Origin: an uncultured archaeon
GTDB taxonomy: Archaea; Asgardarchaeota; Thorarchaeia; Thorarchaeales; CAZPUN01
Assembly: GCA_964589775.1 (NCBI GenBank)
Contig: CAZPUN010000027.1
Span: 10,923-42,922 of the forward strand
Length of the DNA: 32,000 nucleotides
Direction of reading: 5' to 3'
Shown: piece by piece, positions 27,826-32,000 of the stretch
Layout: every line of letters begins with the position of its first letter
Position numbering within the stretch: position 1 is the first letter of the stretch
Translations under genes and position numbers: made by a program
The notes under the pieces: model-generated
What the model was told of the DNA's origin: nothing
Seen by the model: the letters and a program-made list of their open reading frames with translations, nothing else
Database searches by the model: none

Positions 27826-28128
27826 TTAGAAAATTGAATGCATAGATTTTGGCGGCATACCTAGTATATGAATTAGCCTATTATATATCTGTAGATATTG
27901 TTGTCCTTTAACAGTGACCATATAATACGTACGGTTTCGTTCTTGTTCTTTTTTTAGCAAGGATTTCTCAACGAGGAACTCAAGTGTGACTTTTGCACGG
28001 TCGACTGGCAAATTTGTGGTGCGCGCTGCACGAGTGAGCGGGCATTTTCCTATTATTCCGATAACTCTAATTAGTTCGGCAAATATATCGTATTTGGTTC
28101 GTTTTGCAAATTCAGAATATGCTGACAA
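27826..28128 (-). CDS. Winged-HTH protein (archaeal predicted regulator, HTH_45-like)
   Basis: KRTKYDIFAELI, LTRAARTTNL and LVEKSLL...YMVTVKGQQYL. Confidence 0.82.
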   Translation of the reverse strand: MSAYSEFAKRTKYDIFAELIRVIGIIGKCPLTRAARTTNLPVDRAKVTLEFLVEKSLLKKEQERNRTYYMVTVKGQQYLQIYNRLIHILGMPPKSMHSIF

Positions 28129-28192
28129 GAATCTCCCTCATTTTAGTTGTTACACAAAGGTGCATATTAATTTTAGTCTTGATGTACAAAAT

Positions 28193-28735
28193 TCAAAAAT
28201 CAATCCCTTGGTCTCGTGCCCACTCAATAATGTGTGCGACTTCTTGATATGGTACATTCCAGAGGCGTAATCTTTCGACTAGTTCGACTAAGCCTTCCCC
28301 CCAATCTTTTAGAAGTTTATCAATGCGTATCTTCATTTTTTCACTTACGCGATCCATGGGTATATTCAACAGCATATTTACTATTACCTTGGACATTTTT
28401 ACTACTGTAATTAAGCGAGCGATCCATTCGTTGCGTTGTTCATCAACTGTTGTCATTGCAACGCTAAAATGATAATAGAACTGAGCATTATAATATCTCA
28501 ATTGCCATGAGATCATTTCTAAAAATAATCCACGGTATGCTTCACTTGGAGCGTTCTCAATTAAGAGATTGGCTACGGTCCTGTATGTACTATCGGCTGA
28601 CTCACTGGCTAGAAAATATTTTGCGAGGGAGTTTTTGAATTTTCCTTCATCGAAATATGCTTCGCCCTCTTTGATCTGCTTTCTGAATTGCGATACGAGT
28701 TCTGAAATGACCACTTTGTAATTTGTAGATTCCAA
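28193..28735 (-). CDS. Hypothetical helical protein
   Basis: 180-aa ORF with a GGAGG SD and TTG start. No recognisable motif. Confidence 0.75.
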   Translation of the reverse strand: MESTNYKVVISELVSQFRKQIKEGEAYFDEGKFKNSLAKYFLASESADSTYRTVANLLIENAPSEAYRGLFLEMISWQLRYYNAQFYYHFSVAMTTVDEQRNEWIARLITVVKMSKVIVNMLLNIPMDRVSEKMKIRIDKLLKDWGEGLVELVERLRLWNVPYQEVAHIIEWARDQGIDF

Positions 28736-28876
28736 TAAAGTGCCTCCAATCGGAACGATTCAATATTATAATATATGCAAATACCTCTAATTTTAGCTTT
28801 TCTAATAATACATCTTTTTTTCTAATAAATTACACATACAAATGGGAAAGGTGAGAAGTTACTGCGTTTTTTAGAT

Positions 28877-30178
28877 TTACTTCAAATATTCTCTCATTAT
28901 TTCCTCAAAATCTGGAAGTTTCTCTACTTTAATAGGGTCTTCTGAAAGTTGTACTCCTTTCTCTATATTTATTGTATCTACGTAATATATTTTTCCGGAA
29001 ACAACTACGCCACGCTCGAGATGAACTTTGTGTGCATATATCGTGTCGATTCTTGTTTTTTCTTCGATCAAGACACTATCTGCATATATAACTCCAGCAT
29101 GTCCCTTGGACTCAATGGTTACTTTATTTGCTCTTACAAGGCCTTCAATTATTCCATTTTTTCCTATAGAAACACGTCCTGCTTCGATTATCCTAGCGCG
29201 TATTTCTGAACCTGCTGAAACTTCTGCAGCACGTAATAGTTCTCCTACGATTATTTTACTGCCAACTTCGATTATACCATCGCAGAGTAGTCCTTTAGAG
29301 ACATCAACATGGCTTCCTACGTCAAGATTTCCACTTAATGAAAGCGTTCCTTCGACAATTAATTTTCCGCCGACTTCGATTGATTTTCCGGAGGCATTAC
29401 CAAAAATTTCTATATTTCCACCCACATCTAATGATACAAATTCAAGACCATTTTCTGCAATTAATTTTCCACCAACATCTGCATAATCTAATTTCAAATA
29501 TCCTAAGATATGTGCGGTACCTCCAACAGAAACTTTTTCGATATTTGCTGCGCCATCAATTTCTAAAGTTCCACCCACAGAGATAACTCCGTATGTGCCC
29601 TTAAAAACGCGAACTGTTCCACCTACTGATATTCGGTCAATCTCACTAGTTCCTGCGATGTCTAGCGTACCGCCTACTGAAACCTTACGAGCCTTTACAC
29701 TGCCGTCAAAATGTGCTGAGCCTCCAACAGATATTGTTGATGCAACAAAGCTCAATGTTGCGTATATTTTTCCGCCAACACTTATTTCATCAATTTCAAC
29801 ATCATTGTGAAATTCTGCAGTTCCACCAATTGAAATCCTCGATGATGTCACTTTTCCAAGAACTGATAGACCGTTGTCTACTTTAATTCGTGGTGCATTC
29901 AAGTCTCCTTCGACTTCAAGAGATCCATCCTTTATTTCAATGGAGCAATCTGCGACCAGAGAACCATGAATTATGATAGTTCCTTTTCCGGACGAACGTA
30001 AGCTATTGCATTTGACATTTCCGTTGATTATGGCTGAAGTATTTATAATAATTTTACCGGACACTGTGATGCTCTGGCCTTCTGCGGAATTAATGGTAGC
30101 TCCTTCATTTATTATAAGGTCGCCATCAACGTTGGTAACTGTAACATTTTCGCCTTTCCCGACTTTTAGCATATCCAT
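28877..30178 (-). CDS. Polymer-forming cytoskeletal (bactofilin-like) beta-helix repeat protein
   Basis: About 17-aa periodic (I/V)SVGG / DVGG repeats across most of the protein. Start reassigned to ATG 30178 after GGAAGTGA. Confidence 0.8.
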   Translation of the reverse strand: MDMLKVGKGENVTVTNVDGDLIINEGATINSAEGQSITVSGKIIINTSAIINGNVKCNSLRSSGKGTIIIHGSLVADCSIEIKDGSLEVEGDLNAPRIKVDNGLSVLGKVTSSRISIGGTAEFHNDVEIDEISVGGKIYATLSFVASTISVGGSAHFDGSVKARKVSVGGTLDIAGTSEIDRISVGGTVRVFKGTYGVISVGGTLEIDGAANIEKVSVGGTAHILGYLKLDYADVGGKLIAENGLEFVSLDVGGNIEIFGNASGKSIEVGGKLIVEGTLSLSGNLDVGSHVDVSKGLLCDGIIEVGSKIIVGELLRAAEVSAGSEIRARIIEAGRVSIGKNGIIEGLVRANKVTIESKGHAGVIYADSVLIEEKTRIDTIYAHKVHLERGVVVSGKIYYVDTINIEKGVQLSEDPIKVEKLPDFEEIMREYLK

Positions 30179-30303
30179 TGCAGTCACTTCCTTGTTGCCT
30201 ATCTCAATATTATTAATAAGTGATAACCACCAAATAAGGTCACAAAATGTGACTATAGATGAGATTTTATATGTTTTAATATCATCCATGACTGGTGCAA
30301 ATT

Positions 30304-31173
30304 ATGCAAAGTGATTTAAATGGAAATGTTCCGCGTGTAATAATAGATGTCCATGAATTAAAGGGAAAACGGATCAATGCAGTTAAAATATTAATGACTC
30401 TATTGGATAACGAAAATATACCATATGTAGTTCAAGCACTACCTGTTGGTGATATTTTAGCTTCGGGCGGAATTGTTGTTGAACGTAAAACAGTTTCAGA
30501 TCTTGTAAATACTCTTAAGGGCAGCTCTAATGGTGTATTACGTTTTCAACAACAAATGCGACAGATCTCTGAAAATTACGATCATCCCTATTTACTACTT
30601 GAGAATATTCTTGCAATACGCGAAGATCCCAGAAATCGTTGTATTTACGTTCCATTTAAATCAACTATGAAATCTGGTGGCCGTATTTATTTTACTGTTG
30701 AGCAACGAATTAATATACATCCTTCAAGCCTTCGCGGATTATTGGAAAAAGCTCGCGAAATGGGTATTACGATTCTTGAAGGATTTGATGCTGTTCATTC
30801 TGCGGGATTATTATTTAATATAATTAAAAACGAAGATAAAAAGCAGTCTCAAAGTTTACCTTCTATTCGTAGTCGTAAAAAAATAAACACTATGGCTGAT
30901 GAACAAGAATTCTTCCTTGCCGGATTACCGAAAATTAATACTAGTCGTGCTCGCCAAATCTTGCAGAAATATGGAACGCCGCTTAATGCGTTGAATCATG
31001 TTGATGAATGGCGAGAAATAACTGGGATTGGTCCTAAAATTGTAGAGGCCGTTATGAAAGTTTTGAATACCGAATATATCTCGCCCCATATCGATGATGA
31101 TGCTGAGAAAAATTCTGAAGACGAGCCTAAATCTTCTCATGGTGGTCCTCTTGATGAATTTATTGAGGACTAA
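30304..31173 (+). CDS. xpf: Short-form XPF/ERCC4 structure-specific endonuclease with tandem HhH
   Basis: IIDVHE, GD...ERKTVSDL, HhH motifs LPKIN and ITGIGPK, and a C-terminal PLDEF PIP-like motif. Confidence 0.9.
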   Translation: MQSDLNGNVPRVIIDVHELKGKRINAVKILMTLLDNENIPYVVQALPVGDILASGGIVVERKTVSDLVNTLKGSSNGVLRFQQQMRQISENYDHPYLLLENILAIREDPRNRCIYVPFKSTMKSGGRIYFTVEQRINIHPSSLRGLLEKAREMGITILEGFDAVHSAGLLFNIIKNEDKKQSQSLPSIRSRKKINTMADEQEFFLAGLPKINTSRARQILQKYGTPLNALNHVDEWREITGIGPKIVEAVMKVLNTEYISPHIDDDAEKNSEDEPKSSHGGPLDEFIED

Positions 31174-31272
31174 TTTATTCTTTTGAATAAGAACAAAAAG
31201 CTTAAATTGTGACTATTTTACAACTATATAATATATGGTCATAAAATATTTGGACCTAGGAGTTGAAAATTT

Positions 31273-32000
31273 ATGGGTAAGATTAGAATAGCAATTGCAG
31301 GTCTTGGAAACTGTGCTTCTGCACTTATTCAGGGAATTCATTATTATGCAAATGTAAAAGAAGATGATGTTGTTCCAGGACTTATGCATACTAACTTTGG
31401 TGGATATTTTCCTAAAGATATTGAAGTCGTAGCCGCATTTGAAGTTAATAAATACAAGATTGGAAAGGATGTTTCTGAAGCAATTTGGGCAAAACCCAAT
31501 GTATGTGCTAAATTTGCCGATGTTCCCAAACTTGGTGTCAAGGTTCTTCCAGGACCGATTAGTGATGGAGTAGCTCCTCATATGCGGGAATCCTTCCATG
31601 TTTATGATGAGAGTGAAATCAAACCTGTTGATGTTGCTGAAGAGCTTAAGAATTCAAATGCCGATATGCTCATTAATTATCTTCCTGTAGGTAGTGAAAA
31701 AGGCGCTCGTATTTATGCACAAGCTGCTTTAGATGCAGGTGTTGCTTTTATTAATGCAATTCCTGAATTTATTGTATCTGATGATGAATGGGCTGCAAAA
31801 TTTGAGAAGAAAGGAATTCCAATTGCAGGTGATGATATTAAGAGTCAATTGGGCGCTACAATCCTTCACAGAGTTCTGACCCAGTTGTTCTCGGACCGTG
31901 GTGTAATTATTGAGAATACATATCAGCTAAACATTGGTGGAAACACTGATTTTGAAAATATGACTATGGAAGATCGATTAAAGTCAAAGAGAATCAGTAA
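31273..32000 (+). CDS. ino1: Myo-inositol-1-phosphate synthase, 3'-truncated by window edge
   Basis: Not in the ORF track. [45 protein letters not shown] and [11 protein letters not shown]. Confidence 0.96.
   Translation, partial: MGKIRIAIAGLGNCASALIQGIHYYANVKEDDVVPGLMHTNFGGYFPKDIEVVAAFEVNKYKIGKDVSEAIWAKPNVCAKFADVPKLGVKVLPGPISDGVAPHMRESFHVYDESEIKPVDVAEELKNSNADMLINYLPVGSEKGARIYAQAALDAGVAFINAIPEFIVSDDEWAAKFEKKGIPIAGDDIKSQLGATILHRVLTQLFSDRGVIIENTYQLNIGGNTDFENMTMEDRLKSKRIS

Noticed and set aside
31213-31599. Minus-strand ORFs 31213-31599 and 31344-31541
   Set aside because: Shadows of ino1, which runs off the window on the plus strand.
1-32000. CRISPR arrays, rRNA genes, integrases, full transposases, C/D-box sRNAs
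   Set aside because: None seen by eye. The GTGATGA at ~19344 belongs to the IS left end.

Overview
An AT-rich archaeal chromosome segment, most likely from an Asgard archaeon. This is inferred from two tandem roadblock/LC7 genes, an EF-2 paralog with HTG in place of HRG, eS26, a short XPF with a PIP-like tail, and a tRNA with a D-loop intron. Most genes are housekeeping or metabolic: panB, gamma-CA, an MBL hydrolase, a prenyl diphosphate synthase next to tetraether synthase Tes, guaA, a creatininase-family gene, an M20 peptidase, a PDCD5 homolog, RsmB/NOP2, rps26e, trmY, GGR, a bactofilin-like gene, xpf and ino1. The most novel signals are in RNA. (1) A candidate long-range switch: the predicted 5' leader, RBS and start codon of rps26e are complementary to the rps26e-trmY spacer, which also carries a decoy copy of the RBS. 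(2) Two unannotated GC-rich structured RNA candidates at 14806-14870 and 20634-20741. (3) A ~210-bp non-autonomous IS200/IS605 element that keeps a TnpB omega-RNA-like scaffold. Protein-level oddities are a WH2-like motif in a Zn-finger/helical-repeat protein, a stand-alone IleRS C-terminal module, and a prenyl synthase lacking the usual chain-length residue. All calls come from reading motifs and base-pairing by eye; no searches or folding programs were run.
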